Below are positions 1 to 12,918 of a stretch of DNA of 64,000 bases, piece by piece. Under the pieces are notes generated by a model. The model did not search any database and had not been told where the DNA came from. It saw nothing but the letters and a program-made list of their open reading frames with translations. Source of the stretch: Botryllus schlosseri (Eukaryota). Position 1 is the first letter of the stretch; each line of letters begins with the position of its first letter. A program made the position numbers and the translations under genes. Where the stretch lies: assembly GCA_051294905.1 (NCBI GenBank), contig CM119371.1:7008001-7072000 (forward strand). The letters run 5' to 3'.

Positions 1-369
1 CAAAACGTCAGACACTGCCTGTTTCACGTCATCCAACTGCATCATGATTGCGACATGAAGAAGATTAGTTATCTTCTCGTCAGGAATCTCAAATTTCCCT
101 GAATATATGAAATCGATGCACTTTTTCACACACTGAGAATCGACTTCTTTCAAAACAACTTTTCCTTCATGACTCTCTTTTGTATCGTGTTTTAACATAG
201 CTTTGAAATAAGCACAACCGGCCGACAGTACATTTTTGTGAGTGTAATAGACATCATCTCCTACTTGAATTATAAAATCACAATGATCATTTTCTTGCTT
301 CATTCGATGTAATTCTTCCATCATCTTCACTGAATATTTCTCTACATTTTGACACATAATCTGCACCAT
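1..369 (-). CDS. BTB-BACK-Kelch (KLHL-like) protein, array copy 1; N-terminal BTB part only, continues past the left window edge
   Basis: ATG at 369. Reads MVQIMCQNVEKYSVKMMEELHRMKQENDHCDFIIQVGDDVYYTHKNVLSAGCAYFKAML... with no stops and is near-identical to the intact copies. Confidence 0.9.
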   Translation of the reverse strand, partial: MVQIMCQNVEKYSVKMMEELHRMKQENDHCDFIIQVGDDVYYTHKNVLSAGCAYFKAMLKHDTKESHEGKVVLKEVDSQCVKKCIDFIYSGKFEIPDEKITNLLHVAIMMQLDDVKQAVSDVL

Positions 370-574
370 GATTGCCAATCAAGCACAAAGGATCCTACAA
401 ATATTAGTCAAACACTGCTGTATATTGAAGTAAAGATTATAGTTAACTCAAGTAAAATACCTGTTGAAAGAATCATAAAACTTATTAACGTCACGAGTTG
501 AATGAATGAATTTAAGGAAAGTCAACAACACATAAGTTGAAGACTGAACAGTGCAGTTCTGCAGTCATGAATTT

Positions 575-1560
575 GGTTGCCAGTGAACCCGGCCCTCGGT
601 GAACCCGGCCCAGTGAACCCGGCCCTCGGTGAACCCGGCCCTCGGTGAACCCGGCCCTCGGGAAATTTTGAAAATTAAGTGTATTAACAAGTATTAACAT
701 GAATTATTAAACTAATAATGTTATTATCAACTGATTTGTCGATCTTGTAAGGAGGTCAGTGCATGCGTAGATCACGCAGTCACGGCGTGATCAGATCACG
801 TGATCACGATTGCGTGGTCGGCTCAGTGTTGAATTGACTGCGCAAGGGGCGGACGTGCGAAGTTCGACATCCTCGTATCTGTTCATGACATCGCATTGGG
901 TCTTATCGCATTGTACATTGTGTGTGACTTATTCAGATGGAAAATATATATCAACGATTGTTATTGCTCACATTTCAACCACGCGTGGTCTGCTCGTTAT
1001 TGCAACTGTAGGTTGAGGTGGGGTGTTAGGGTTGGGTTGGGTATAGGGGGAAGGGCGACATCAGGGTTCGGGGAGTGGGACATTAGGGTTGGGGGATATT
1101 AGGGTTCCCGGAGGTGGGATATTAGGGTTGGGGGAGGTGGGATATTAGGGTTGGGGGAGGTGGGATATTAGGGTTGGGGGAGGTGGGATATTAGGGTTGG
1201 GGGAGGTGGGATATTAGGGTTGGGGAGGTGGGATATTAGGGTTAGGGGAGGTGGGATATTAGGGTTGGGGTTAGGGTTAGGGGAGGTGGGATATTAGGGT
1301 TAGGGTTAGGTTAGGGTTATGATTAGGGTTAGGTTAGGATTAGGGTTACTAGGGTTACCGGAGGTGGGATATCAGGGTGGCCGGAGGTGGGATATTAGGG
1401 TTACCGGAGGTGGGATATTGATGTGAGCGTCGCGTTATCTTCCCCGCTTACTCAATCCTGAATACAAAATTTCCCGAGGGCCGGGTTCACCGAGGGCCGG
1501 GTTCACCAAGGGCCGGGTTCACTGGGCCGGGTTCACCGAGGGCCGGGTTCACTGGTAATC
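575..1560. mobile_element. Non-autonomous TIR element with ~95-bp TIRs built of 16-bp repeats and a telomere-like interior
   Basis: GGTTGCCAG(TGAACCCGGCCCTCGG)n at left and its reverse complement at ~1465-1560. Direct repeat ATGAATTT at 567-574 and 1561-1568 (extends to TCATGAATTT). Absent at the paralogous site near 22365-22385. Confidence 0.85.
1010..1420 (+). repeat. G-rich minisatellite (GGGGAGGTGGGATATTAGGGTT-like, ~22 bp) with TTAGGG/TTAGG runs
   Basis: Directly visible tandem units inside the 575-1560 element. Confidence 0.9.
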
Positions 1561-1795
1561 ATGAATTTACCTCTTTCCATAAATTTGTTTTACTTTTTTA
1601 TCCATTGTATATTGACAGTTGACACGATGACACGAACCAAGCGCCCCGTGGATTATCACTAATCTAAATGGTATTTTGGAACCTTGTAGCATAATTTTAT
1701 ACAACGGTTTATTCCAGGAATGGCCATCTCGGTTTCATGCTCGAACGAATTATCACGACGCTTAGTTAATAGCCGCAAGCCGCAACCAGAAAGAT

Positions 1796-1880
1796 CACGC
1801 TGACGCTGGTTTCACTCTGTGTTTGGAAACGAAATCAGCGAAGCATGTGGCATGTCAGCGTCATCTGACGGATAATTAGG
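1796..1880. promoter_or_regulatory. Conserved upstream block of kelch copy 1 (candidate cis-regulatory element)
   Basis: CGCTGGTTTCACTCTGTGTTTGGAAACGAAATCAGCGAAGCATGTGGCATGTCAGCGTCATCTGACGGATAATTAG is retained in three paralogs (also 22625-22705 and 33516-33600). Confidence 0.5.
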
Positions 1881-2090
1881 TATTAGATTTGGAGTTTAGC
1901 GGTTACTGACGGGGTAATTTCAAAACACCCACCACAAAACTGCGATACAGTGAAAAAAAGAGGGTGTCGAAACGACTTGGAGTAGTCTTTCAAATCAGAC
2001 ACCCAACAGGACCTAAGCGATCTAGGGAAGAGGCATACACACTGAATGAAAAGTAAAGCAGAGAATGAAAAAAGGCAAGCTAATCCTACA
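1880..2090 (-). mobile_element. 3' end fragment of a CR1/L2-type non-LTR retrotransposon
   Basis: Its reverse complement resembles the 3' UTRs that follow the RT C-terminal remnants at ~34280-34430 and ~35500-35690. Confidence 0.55.
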
Positions 2091-4828
2091 AATAGGTACA
2101 TGGTACACTTTCAAAATATATGCATTCACGATGATGTAGGAGCTATTCAGTGCAGTTCTTATGACTCATAAACATGTGACAGATTGATCACAAAGCTATA
2201 GTGTTTAGGTTTATTAGTTATGCATAAATAAAAGTCCAAGTCGAAGTGGAAGTATAATTTGAAAATGTCACGACTAGGGTATGTAGTGCAATTAACCAAA
2301 GGCAGTGGCTACTCGTCCGGTCCCGGACGAATAATTTTCTCAGGCTATTCGTCCGGCACCGTGTGACGTAGGCCCGTTACTATGGAGACTGTATGCGTTT
2401 TTGACAGGCTTCGGTTTTGTACATTATTTATTCGCCTTTCTGGTTACTGATTTCAATGGTTACTGTTACTGATTTGTATGCTCATAATTATAGCTCCGAG
2501 GGAAAGTTTACGCCATACTAATAATTGCAAATAGCTGTGGTGAAAGTACGAGAACTTGACGCCCACCTTTACCTTTACAAGAGATGTTTACCTACGCTTA
2601 ATGTAGTAAGAACAAGTAGGATAGTGATTTGTAAGCTCATAATTGGAGCTCCGAGGGAATGTTTGCGCCATACGAAGAGTTCCAAAGTCCTATCGTTAAA
2701 TAACCGGATGCAGTCAGAACACGAACGATTCGCTGAAATTCTTGCTGCCTCCACCTATTTCTGAACTCATGCAAGCGCCATTGACCTAACCAATTGTACG
2801 TGAACTTGCACAGCTAAGACGGAATTGTCACCTCTGCTGTACTACGAGTACTCATACTTGATGTTGCTGCGCAGTAATGATTGGAATACCAACTGAGAGA
2901 GACTGTGCGTCTTTATTTTCATACAACAGAAATACAGAACAAATGGACAGCAGCAATGATCATACAGAAAACATGTGCATGCACAGTATTTGATGTCGGA
3001 TAGAAGAGATCGATACAGCCATGGAAGTCAAGTGGTCTGATAAAACCCGCATGAAACAAGTATGCCTACATTGTCTCTGCATCATCTGACTGTAACAAAT
3101 CGTAGTTGAAAAGATGAAGAAAAATTAAATGATAGCAAATGAATGAATGAAGCAATGTCTGGGCAAAGTAGGGCAACAGTGTTAATACGACTATCAGAGG
3201 TAATCAGGTAGGTCAAGAGTGTTAATAGGACTATCAGAGGTAATTAGGTATGGCAAGAGTGTTATTACGGCGACAAGAGGTAATGAGGTATTTTTTTTTA
3301 TAATCTGCCATACAGCAGTTCACAGATGGTAATCCATTCAAAATGATAGGTCAGTCGACAGATCTCTTGGTTAGGTAACTATTAAATGGGCCCAAGTAGA
3401 TATTTCCCTTCGATGAGGGTCCTGTATTAAGGGAGTGAACAACTTAAGCAGGTATGAAAAAGTCATCGAACACATACGACAAACTGTTCGAAAAATATTT
3501 GTGTACAACTTCAATGTTTATATGATCATTGGGTGTTAATCTGGTATGCATGTTGGCATTTCCGCACATTCCTTATTGCAGGTGACAGTAAATGCTGTGC
3601 ATACAATTTGCTGCTTTCAAGATATTCAAGCATTGATAGCGTGTTTTCACTGGGAACATCAATCATGAAAACTAAGTAGCCTACTTTCAATGTCAAAGTT
3701 GCCGCTACATATTTTTCTAACAGAGGCATCTGTTATTTTTTGCAGCGGCCACAGAACCATTTGTTTTGTTGAGGGTGTTCAGTCCAGCACATAGAAGATG
3801 ATCCCGGTTGAGACAGGAGTCGCAACGAATTGAATTGCTCTTTGTAAGTTGAAGGTCGCATACTCCACAGTACCAGTCTTTCTGACTATATTTACTTTGG
3901 AATGCCTTCATCACAGCAGCCCATCCATCATATGCGAAGTAATTCTTGATGTGGAGTATATTCACAGTCTCATCAAGGCAGCTGTTGGGGTTGAGACGAG
4001 TGTCAGACGTGACAGACTTACTGCCCAATTTCTTTCCATACACTGCTTCATTAGTGTCAGATGGTGATACAAACCATGACAGCATCACTGTGAATAAGGC
4101 AGAAGTGAAATTTGCTGAAGTTCTGCATGAAATAAACTTACATCGGTCTCTGTCTTTAGGATGTATTTTTTTAAATGGAACTGGAGTGTCACATTTCTTC
4201 TTCTTTGGAAGGCCAACCACAGTTTGTTCCAAGCCTTTTGGGCGTCCTCTTTTTTCAGTTTTGATGGCAGATGAATGTTGGAAAGATCTGAAACAGCAAG
4301 ATCAGTTTTACTATAGTGTAGCAAGATAAAGTTTGGATTTATTTGACACCAACCCGTGAACTTGTCTGGTGTCATGGTGATTTTGCTACAGTCTACGGAC
4401 ACTGCTGGGGTGCTATTTTCTGCATCACAGACTTCGGACACTGCTATAACGCAATCTGAAGGTAAACAAACATGCAAACATCATGAAATTGCAACATACA
4501 TCTAAATCCAGTGAGTATAGTGACCTGGCCTGTGATTTAAGATAATTTCTTTATTGTAATGAAATCGCAACAAATATCGGATTTTATTGATACTGATATT
4601 TCCGCGAAAGCAGTCCTAATAACATGATGTCTGGTAGCTTAATTAACCTGGGATGTTGCTTGTGAATAGTGTATGTATGGTTGATTGATTGATTGAATGA
4701 ATGAATGAATGATAGGCCTACATTACTTGGTGATGTAGTGTTGTCTGCAACTAATAGACTAGAATAACATTTTAAGTAAAATGCTAGCTAACCTGACGTC
4801 TCAACAATCACCACCGTCTTTTCCTTCG

Positions 4829-5311
4829 CAGAGGCATGAGATCCATCTTTGTTCGAATCAACACAACCTACCAGAAACGGAGAGGATACCGAAATAAATA
4901 TCAAGTGTTAATGAGTGCACAATAGACGTACCTGCTGTAGTGTTATTGGTCCCAGGTACAGAGGCATGAGATCCATCTTTGTTAGAATCAACACAACCTA
5001 CCAGAAATGGAGAGGATACAGAAATAAATATCAAGTGTTAACGAGTGCACAATAGACGTAGGCCTACCTGCTGTAGTGTTATTGGTCCCAGGTACAGAGG
5101 CATGAGATCCATCTTTGTTAGAATCAACACAACCTACCAGAAATGGAGAGGATACAGAAATAAATATCAAGTGTTAACGAGTGCACAATAGACGTAGGCC
5201 TACCTGCTGTAGTGTTATAGGTCCCATGTACAGAGGCAGTACCTGCTGTAGTGTTATTGGTCCCAGGTACAGAGGCAGTACCTGCTGTAGTGTTATTGGT
5301 CCCAGGTACAG
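4829..5311. repeat. Tandem ~130-136-bp exon+intron repeats and 39-bp repeats inside the MULE gene
   Basis: Three long units followed by 39-bp units are directly visible. Confidence 0.9.
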
Positions 5312-5817
5312 ACTTTCGTTGGAGGTTTATTGATTCAGTTTCTGTTATAAAAGTCGGTGTTATGAATTATAATTTTTTCTAAATTATCTATTAATTGCAT
5401 TAGTTGTCATTTATTGAATCATCAGATCAAAATGAAAAAATATAACGGTGATTATGCATTAGTTGTCATTTATTGATTCAATAGTGATAATCGCATATTA
5501 CCTTGCTCAACCCGTGGTTATGCTGTTCATTAATACTCTTCACTATGAGATACTGCCCATCCTCTGATGTACCAAACCTGATATGAGCTTGGCACTCTTT
5601 ACGGAAAGTGCTGCAATGAAATCGTGATACGTTACCCTGTATTTCAAGCGTAATGCACAGCATGTGTGGCAGTGCCGCTGCTCGTAGTCCAGTAGCGAGC
5701 TAAAAAGGGGGCACTTCTTCGTTATTCTCCACACATCAGGAAGTGGTCTCCATGAAACCAATGCTTCCTATGAACATGTGAGAATTTATAAACGTTAAAA
5801 TAAATTGATTTTCGCGT

Positions 5818-6650
5818 TGGGGTGGGGGATATTAGGGTCGGGTGGGTTAGGATTAGGGTGGAGGGATTGTGGTTGCATGTGTGGGGTTAGGATTGGGGTG
5901 TCAGGGTTGCATGTGTGGGGTTAGGATTGGGGTGTCGGCACGTGTGGGGTTAGGGGTGTCGTAAGATGAAGTGGTGGGGTTGCAGTTGCATGTGTCGGGT
6001 TGCGTATGCGTAAGATGAGGTGGTAGGGTTTCAGTTGCATGTGTGGGGTTAGGATTGGGGGGTCAGCACGCGTGGGTTAGGATTAGGGTGTCGTAAGATG
6101 AGGTTGCATGTGTGGGGTTGCGTATGCGTAAAATGGGGTTACAGTTGCATGTGTGGGGGTTCCGTATGCGGGGTTAGGATAGGGGTGGCAGGGTTGCGTA
6201 TGCGGGGTTAGGATAGGGGTGGCAGGGTTGCGGTTGCACGTGTGGGGTTGCGTATGCGTAAAATGAGGTGGTGGGGCTACAGTTGCATGTGTGGGGTTTG
6301 CATGTGTTGGGTTGCGTATGCGGGGTTAGGATAGGGGTTAGAAGGGTGTCGTAAGATGAGGTTGCATGTGTGGGGTTAGGATTAGGGTGTCGTAAGATGA
6401 GGTGGTGGGGTTGCAGTTGCATGTGTGGGGTGTGGTTGCAGTTGCATGTGCGGGGTTAGGATAGGGGTTGCGGTTGCATGTGTGGGGTGAGGTGGTGGGG
6501 GTGTGGTTGCAGTTGCATGTGCGGGGTTAGGATAGGGGTTGCGGTTGCATGTGTGGGGTTAGGGATTGGGGTGTCAGCACGCGTGGGTTAGGATTAGGGT
6601 GTCGTAAGATGAGGTGGTGGGGTGTCATAGGAATGGGTTGGGGTTTAGGC
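5818..6650 (+). repeat. GT-rich complex minisatellite (GTTGCATGTGTGGGGTTAGGATTAGGG variants) in intron 1 of the MULE gene
   Basis: Degenerate tandem motifs are visible throughout. Confidence 0.85.
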
Positions 6651-7202
6651 TGAGGCTAATTTAACCCTAATTTCACGATACCAAGACTACAAAATGCTCA
6701 TGGGGAACATTGCTTCTTCATGTTCATGTGGTTGTGGACCCGGTGGAAATTCCGTATCATACGTAACGCTTACTTACCGTTGGTTAGGTCGTAGACCCTT
6801 AGATAAGCTCTGAAATCTGCGGCCGCCGTGGATGCAGTGAAAAGATATCTGGCCATACTTGAGCGCATCATTGAAATTTCGCCGAGTGGTTCGCTTTCTT
6901 ACTGCATCGAGCGTACGTGAATCTCTCTTGTAGAGCTGGACGTAATTTTCTTTCTGGTATTTCTCCAAAGCACTTTCTAAGTCTTCATAAGAGGCGAACC
7001 TACTCTCGGAATCCATGCCGCAGTTACGGCCCACAGTTCCGGAAATCCCGGCACCCATTCTGCAGTTGCGGCATGCTTACGCCGGACGAATAGCCTGAGG
7101 AACTTTATTCGTCCGGGACCGGACGAGTAGACACTTCCTTAACCAAAACGTACCCAAGTACTGTAAACGGGTACAATCTTCAGCAATATATTCAGTTACG
7201 AT

Positions 7203-7717
7203 TAGGGCTGGGCACAATGATTCGAGTACTCGAATCTGAATCGAGTATTAATTTTAATGATTCGAGTCGAGTAGTAAAAGACGATTTTTTCGAGTACTGA
7301 AATTGTACGCTCCTCACAACTGAAAGTTAATGAACTAACGATAATTATAGTTTTGATAATCTTTGCCACTGAGGAAGCATTGAAACCTTGATTGGCCGTG
7401 TCGTAGCATGATAGACATAGCACAAAGCTACGAACGTTACTGGAAATAACACATTTCCAAAGTCATAATCGTTCCACAATATTGCCAAGAAATGCAATGA
7501 AGTCAGTATGGTCGAGAACATACCTAAGTATCATTAATGTGACGGGTAACAGGCATTATGTTCTTCGTGGTTGCATAAAAGGTACATATTTAAACTTTGA
7601 CATAGTACATTCTGTTGTGACGTAATAATGAGTGATACTCGAATACTCGACTCGACTCGAAGCATTTTACGTGATTCAGAATCGAATCACTTAGGTACTT
7701 GATTTTGCCCAGCCCTA
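7203..7717. mobile_element. hAT-type MITE (TAGGGCTGGGC TIR)
   Basis: TIRs TAGGGCTGGGCA / TGCCCAGCCCTA. 8-bp TSD GTTACGAT at 7195-7202; the right copy is displaced to 8054-8061 by a SINE. A related inverted copy lies at ~44307-45152. Confidence 0.8.
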
Positions 7718-7720
7718 GTT

Positions 7721-8051
7721 CGACCGACAAGATAGCGTAATGGTTAAGCGTCCTGCTTCTTGATCGGTAGGCCGTGGGTTCGATTCCCGGCCGGGGTCAG
7801 ACCAAAGACCTGATTAGTAACACTGGTATCCATGGCTTCCCTGCTTGGCGCTCATGCATTACTGGGATAGCATGGAGGGGTGGTGCATGACTTAGAAAGC
7901 TGTAAAGGCTATATCTGCACTTCCTTGTCCAGCGGCATATGCACATCATGTACTCATGGTATGCATATGCGCAGATCGCGTGTATGTGTATCATGAGTCG
8001 GTGTATATGCCGCAAAAACATCAAGGACAAAAATAAACTACGTCCTTCCTT
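7721..8051 (+). mobile_element. tRNA-derived SINE
   Basis: A box TAGCGTAATGG and B box GGTTCGATTCC followed by a ~250-bp non-tRNA body. Flanked by TAGTT direct repeats (7716-7720 and 8052-8056). Confidence 0.8.
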
Positions 8052-8209
8052 TAGTTACGATAACCGGCATTTTTACGCGTTTCTTCTACTATTTCATTAC
8101 CAAAACTAATCAATACTTTAATCAATGAAGGTCAGATTATATTTTCATCTGAACTAGACAAGACATACACAATGCGACGTGATGAACAGATACGAAGATG
8201 ACAAAAGAC

Positions 8210-9494
8210 CAGAGGTGGTCAGTAACGAAGTACTTCTACTTTTTTGAAGTACTCAAGTAGTTTTCCACTACTTCTGGTACTTACTCAAGTAGATCTGATT
8301 TTCGCTACTTCTACTTCCTAATATTTTGTGATCTACTTACTTACTTGTCGCTATTTTCAGTTTGTCAAGTAGAAGTAGTTCAACCTTTCAATCAGGAAGA
8401 TAGCCTGAGGAATTTCGGAGCTGTTTTAACGGAGTATTAACATTAAATTTTCATTAAAGTTTAGTAGAGCCCAGAATTTACGTCGCGCTTCGCGCGCAGT
8501 GGATATGGAGTGACCATGCAGTATGATTTCACGAAAGTATCGGTGGGTGAAGGGTTTGCGTGGTTCCGTTCACGCCACATTGTCGCCCTTCGCCCATATG
8601 AAATAATTCATCACAGTATATATGGCTCATCATAACGTTTGAAACTGATGTTTCGCTATGTAGCATTTTCTTGTCATATCGTAATTTAGCATGTCCATTG
8701 TCCATGGCGTGTCCTAATCTGGAAGAGTGGACTATTGACTTTTTTTTAGTTTTAGAGCTCTTTTAGCATACCACCTTTGAAACTTTCTAAACTAAAAACA
8801 TGAAATACATATTCTGCTTTTAGAAGTAGTATTAATATTTCACTTTCTATTCCCAGTATCATATACTTTGAGTTATAATTAATATCAGTTCTTTTGTCTG
8901 GATAACATACATGTTGAAGTATAAACGCAAGTGCAGTAAAGCCTTGTATTTCTGTAAATAAAGCTACGCAATAATATGGCATTTTTACGGTCCACCATAT
9001 TTTTATTAACGTTTAGTAATCACGCAAAGTGTTTACACCGTATCCTATACAACTTCTCCGTATTGCTCTTCGACTAAACTACGGCCTTATAATATGGGGA
9101 TGGCGTCATACCATGCTATTTTCCAAAACGTGCTGTTCGATAAAACATAGGATTTGCATCGCATTTCCTTATCAATACTATCCTTTTCATCCCACGAGGT
9201 GGGCAAATGCTTATGCTATCGAAAATTGGATACCTGCTGCTATGCATCAATATGAATCAAGCTCGTCACCTCACCTATCACATAGCTCAATTTTCACATT
9301 TTTATAATCCATTCAATCAGGATCGTTTTCACAACTACTTACTTACTTGAGTACTTTTAAAGTAAGAAAATTCTACTTCTACTTCAAGTAGTTTCAGGTT
9401 GCTTATGAAAGAAGTACTTCTACTTGTACTTGAGTAGATTTCTTCGTCGCTACTTCTACTTGAGTAGATTTCTTGACTACTTTGACCACCTCTG
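8210..9494. mobile_element. Non-autonomous hAT element (CAGAGGTGGTCA TIR, AAGTA-rich subterminal repeats)
   Basis: TIRs CAGAGGTGGTCA / TGACCACCTCTG. Perfect 8-bp TSD CAAAAGAC at 8202-8209 and 9495-9502. Inverted sister copy at 23232-24481. Confidence 0.92.
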
Positions 9495-11065
9495 CAAAAG
9501 ACCAGTTGTGGTCTTGCCTTGTGTCCGATGTCGCAATTCCCTTTTCAATGTTAGTCGCTATCCCGCAACTCTTTCCATTCTTTGTGGGTATGCACTCTTC
9601 TATCAGGACTGTTTCTGGGCTTTTTTGGTCGCCGTAACATAACATTCATAAGACCAGCGACACGGGAGAAGAGGAGCCAATAATATGCTAATATCCGGCA
9701 CGGAATCGAACACGGGCGCTTATCGCCACCACAACGTAATCTTCCCCCGCTAAATGTGCCAGTTACCCAAAACTACTTTTTACTTCCAAAACCACGGATA
9801 TCTAGAATTAGAACTCTATATATCCCTGTCCAAAACTCTAAGTAATTTGCATATAATCTGTTCAAGTAGTAGATTCTACTAATGGTATAAAAGATAGTCA
9901 GTACTCCCAAAAGTAGAAATACTTTGTCATGGACCCTCTCAGGTAATATTTTACTAACTTTGCACTGGTTGACGAATTTTATGGTCATCATAGCAGTATC
10001 AATTTGAACGAGCTTTCGAGCGGCTATAGCGGGATTACCTCCAGCAAAACGCCAAAGCATCCACGTGGACTCTCTCCCTGACTGCAAAATCTTCATTCAC
10101 TGTGTACTGTTTGATACTCATTTCTTGTTATAGTTTCATGCTTGGTTGTTCTAAAACAGAACCGGACCGTATCCGCACTTATAGGATAATGTCACCCGCG
10201 ACTACAATACATACATTCGCGAGCTAACGTTCTCGACCATGAACATTAGACTAAGACAAAGCGTCCTTCCAATCTAACGCACGTTCACGTGCAGTCTTCA
10301 CGGACGGTTTGCAAGTCCAAAATACAGACAGAGAGTTCGCCAAATAACTTGTTGATAACTTCGAACGAGCACAGATGTCTCATTGACTTTAACGGCTATT
10401 GAAGTACATTACGTTGATAAATCCATTAACTACTGTTCGGTCACTATGCTTTACGCTGAAAGTTTACATTAAATACGATTTATTCCTGGTATAGGTTGAT
10501 AAATACGCGATTGATATATCGATCGAGGATTTCAACATAATAATCAGGTCGAGAACTTGCTGGATTCCCAATTTTATGCTTTCAACACATTTCATTTTTA
10601 CAAACAGTGGAAAAGTAACAAACCAATATGTCTGATTACTTTCGCAGAAGATTATGATAATTTCGGCAGAGAGACATTGGATTTCAAGCCTAACCTGAAC
10701 ACAGTCATGTCTTAAATTTAGCTCCTCCAAAGCGTCAGGTCCAGCAAACAACATCCCAATATTATTCAAAACACTGATACCAAGTGAAGATGTCGAACTA
10801 GCTGTAGTAACTAGAGCGGAAGTATCAAAACTTCTCCACGATCATCTGTAAACAGTAGGGGTCTCTGTACATACTAAATATTAGAATATACAACCTAAAT
10901 TGCTGTTATCCCTAAGTAAAGAAAGAAACAGTATTTTGGCTTTGGGGATAGCGAGGGTTAACATGTCTGCGAAAAGCAGCGCTTCTTGTCCTTTTCATAG
11001 CTGTGGCCCAATTTCCATTTTGCAAATATGCCATGACCCACCTCTCGGCCTCAGTCTCCTTTTAA

Positions 11066-12918
11066 CCGATTGGCGCCGGCTGCAATTTTCGAAAAATTTT
11101 ACTTCAATTTTCAAAGTCGAAAAACTGTACCTTAATGGGATTGGAACACGTCAAATAAGGTGTCGATCGATTCAGAACTTCAACGCGCATCCGATTGCGC
11201 CACTCAAATCATTTCGAGCACTGTGTCTGGCCACTTATATCAAGAGCAAGCCGAGAATTCGTTGATGAGAAACGTATTACATTTACTGTACTCTTTATAA
11301 ACCTTAACATGGATATCTGGTGACATAGGCTTCTTGTGAATCATATCGGCGAGGAAATCATGATCATGGAGATGGCTCAGTCGATCTAATACGCCCTAAT
11401 ATCGCCATTATCCAATAGATACAATACTGACGGTTTGCAGAATAAACACGCGCCAGGCCGCAGAGTGAATGAGTCATCGGCCAGTGAGCGAGTGACGCGC
11501 GTGTATTTATTAGGTAGCGTAGCCTTCCAGGGCATTTACAAAGCTTATAGAGCACGTAAATGGGTCACTTTAGTATTGATAAACGGAGATTGTCAAGACC
11601 TAACCATAAGGACAAACCACAAACGCATATCTTACTACTATGTAAGGTTTATGACGTTAGTTGGTAGCACTTCATACAGACATGATACACACGTTTTGGG
11701 GGGAATACACAGCGTGTAGAATTGGTCTTGTTGCGATATATACATCACTATTAGCTGTTAGTCTGAAGTAGATATAATCTTATGGGCATGTACTCTCCAC
11801 AGAAACAATCTAAGAATGTCTACTACCGATAAAATTCAGGATATAACACACTATGTTACAGGTATTCGTCCCTGCGTTTGACACTAGTGTAGTAGTCTGC
11901 AGGAATTCTCTTCACGATTTTTAGAAGCGGCCTTTTGGTGACATAGGCATAACTAATGTTGTTTATTTTTGGCCTCGAAGGTGGAGATTGGCTAGTTCTA
12001 TTGAAAGAGACAATCCGTAAATGCCTTTCATTACTACAACGAAAGATATATATCGTTATACGACAGCTCTTTGTATATCCAGATGAATACTTTTGCGTAG
12101 GTATATGCGCTGAGTAATATTATATTTATTCCGAATTATACTTGACTATTAGCCATTATTTAGAATCGTATAGGCAGCAACTATTCACAGACACAATCTA
12201 TAAAGGTATATCACTATTAGAACTCGATACATATCCCGTTTTTTGACCAGTATTCATCCATCTGCTTGAAGCTGGTACGGTAGGCTGCGAGAATTCTCTT
12301 CCCGGTTTTCAAATGCAACCTTGAGCGATGCAGACATAACTAGTATAGCTGTTTTAGCAAGAAAATCAGAAGCTGACAAGCACTATTCATAGAAACAAAC
12401 TACAACAACTGGCTATGACGAATAAAACCAAATATACGACAGGGTATATGATGGGTATCGGGAACGCGCGTTTCCGCGAAATGATGCGGTTGGCGGATAT
12501 CTTTGTCACGCGGCCTATCACATAGATTTATAACACCTTATATGTAACTAATATCAGATACGAAGATACGTGTGAACTTGTATGGACACTAGCTTTTCAC
12601 AGAAAGAAACAGCTATGCTCTAAGACGGCTAGAACAAAACATACAGTACGTTATCTGAGAGTGGTCAATGATGCGCGTGTTGCCGAGACAGTGTATTTTG
12701 CAACATATTTATCTACGGTATTTGATATCCGATTTCGACGTCTTAGATATAATATATATCAAATAATATGGTATCAATGAACTTGCACAAACAATATCTA
12801 TCCGCAGACATGAACAGCAGCGACCTAGCACGATTAGAACGGGATATATAGTGGTTCTAATACAGTACGCTGCTCTCTAACGGCAATGGGTAAAAATACC
12901 CACGCCGGCGGGAGACGG
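11066..12918. mobile_element. piggyBac-like non-autonomous element
   Basis: TTAA on both sides (11062-11065 and 12919-12922). Imperfect TIRs CCGATTGGCGCCGGC / GCCGGCGGGAGACGG. Absent from the paralogous block at ~36120-36150. Confidence 0.7.

Larger units (their letters stand above)
3717..7016 (-). pseudogene. Multi-exon MULE transposase remnant (FAR1/ZSWIM3-like N-terminal zinc domain, low-complexity linker, C-terminal PHD-like finger); no DDE core visible
   Basis: Exon 7016-6778 (MDSESRFASYEDLE...FHCIHGGRR...LRPNQR) splices in frame to 5610-5502 (TFRKECQAHIRF...VKSINEQHNH). The C-terminus has a frameshifted KRGRPKG motif and CGVC...CDSCLNRDHLLC. Confidence 0.7.
2301..7138 (-). mobile_element. 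Mutator/MULE-superfamily DNA transposon, internally deleted
   Basis: ~57-bp imperfect TIRs (GGCAGTGGCTACTCGTCCGGTCCCGGACGAATAA... / ...TTATTCGTCCGGGACCGGACGAGTAGACACTTCC). Perfect 9-bp TSD TTAACCAAA at 2292-2300 and 7139-7147. Empty paralogous site near 24716-24760. Transposase-like exons inside. Confidence 0.9.

Noticed and set aside
1270..1360. True telomere or chromosome fusion site
   Set aside because: Short, degenerate, and enclosed by TIRs and a TSD.
6174..6422. Pro/His/Thr-rich ORF
   Set aside because: Translation of the GT-rich minisatellite.
7721..7800. tRNA gene
   Set aside because: A and B boxes are present, but there is no convincing cloverleaf, it continues into a SINE body, and related heads occur at 23052 and 56976.
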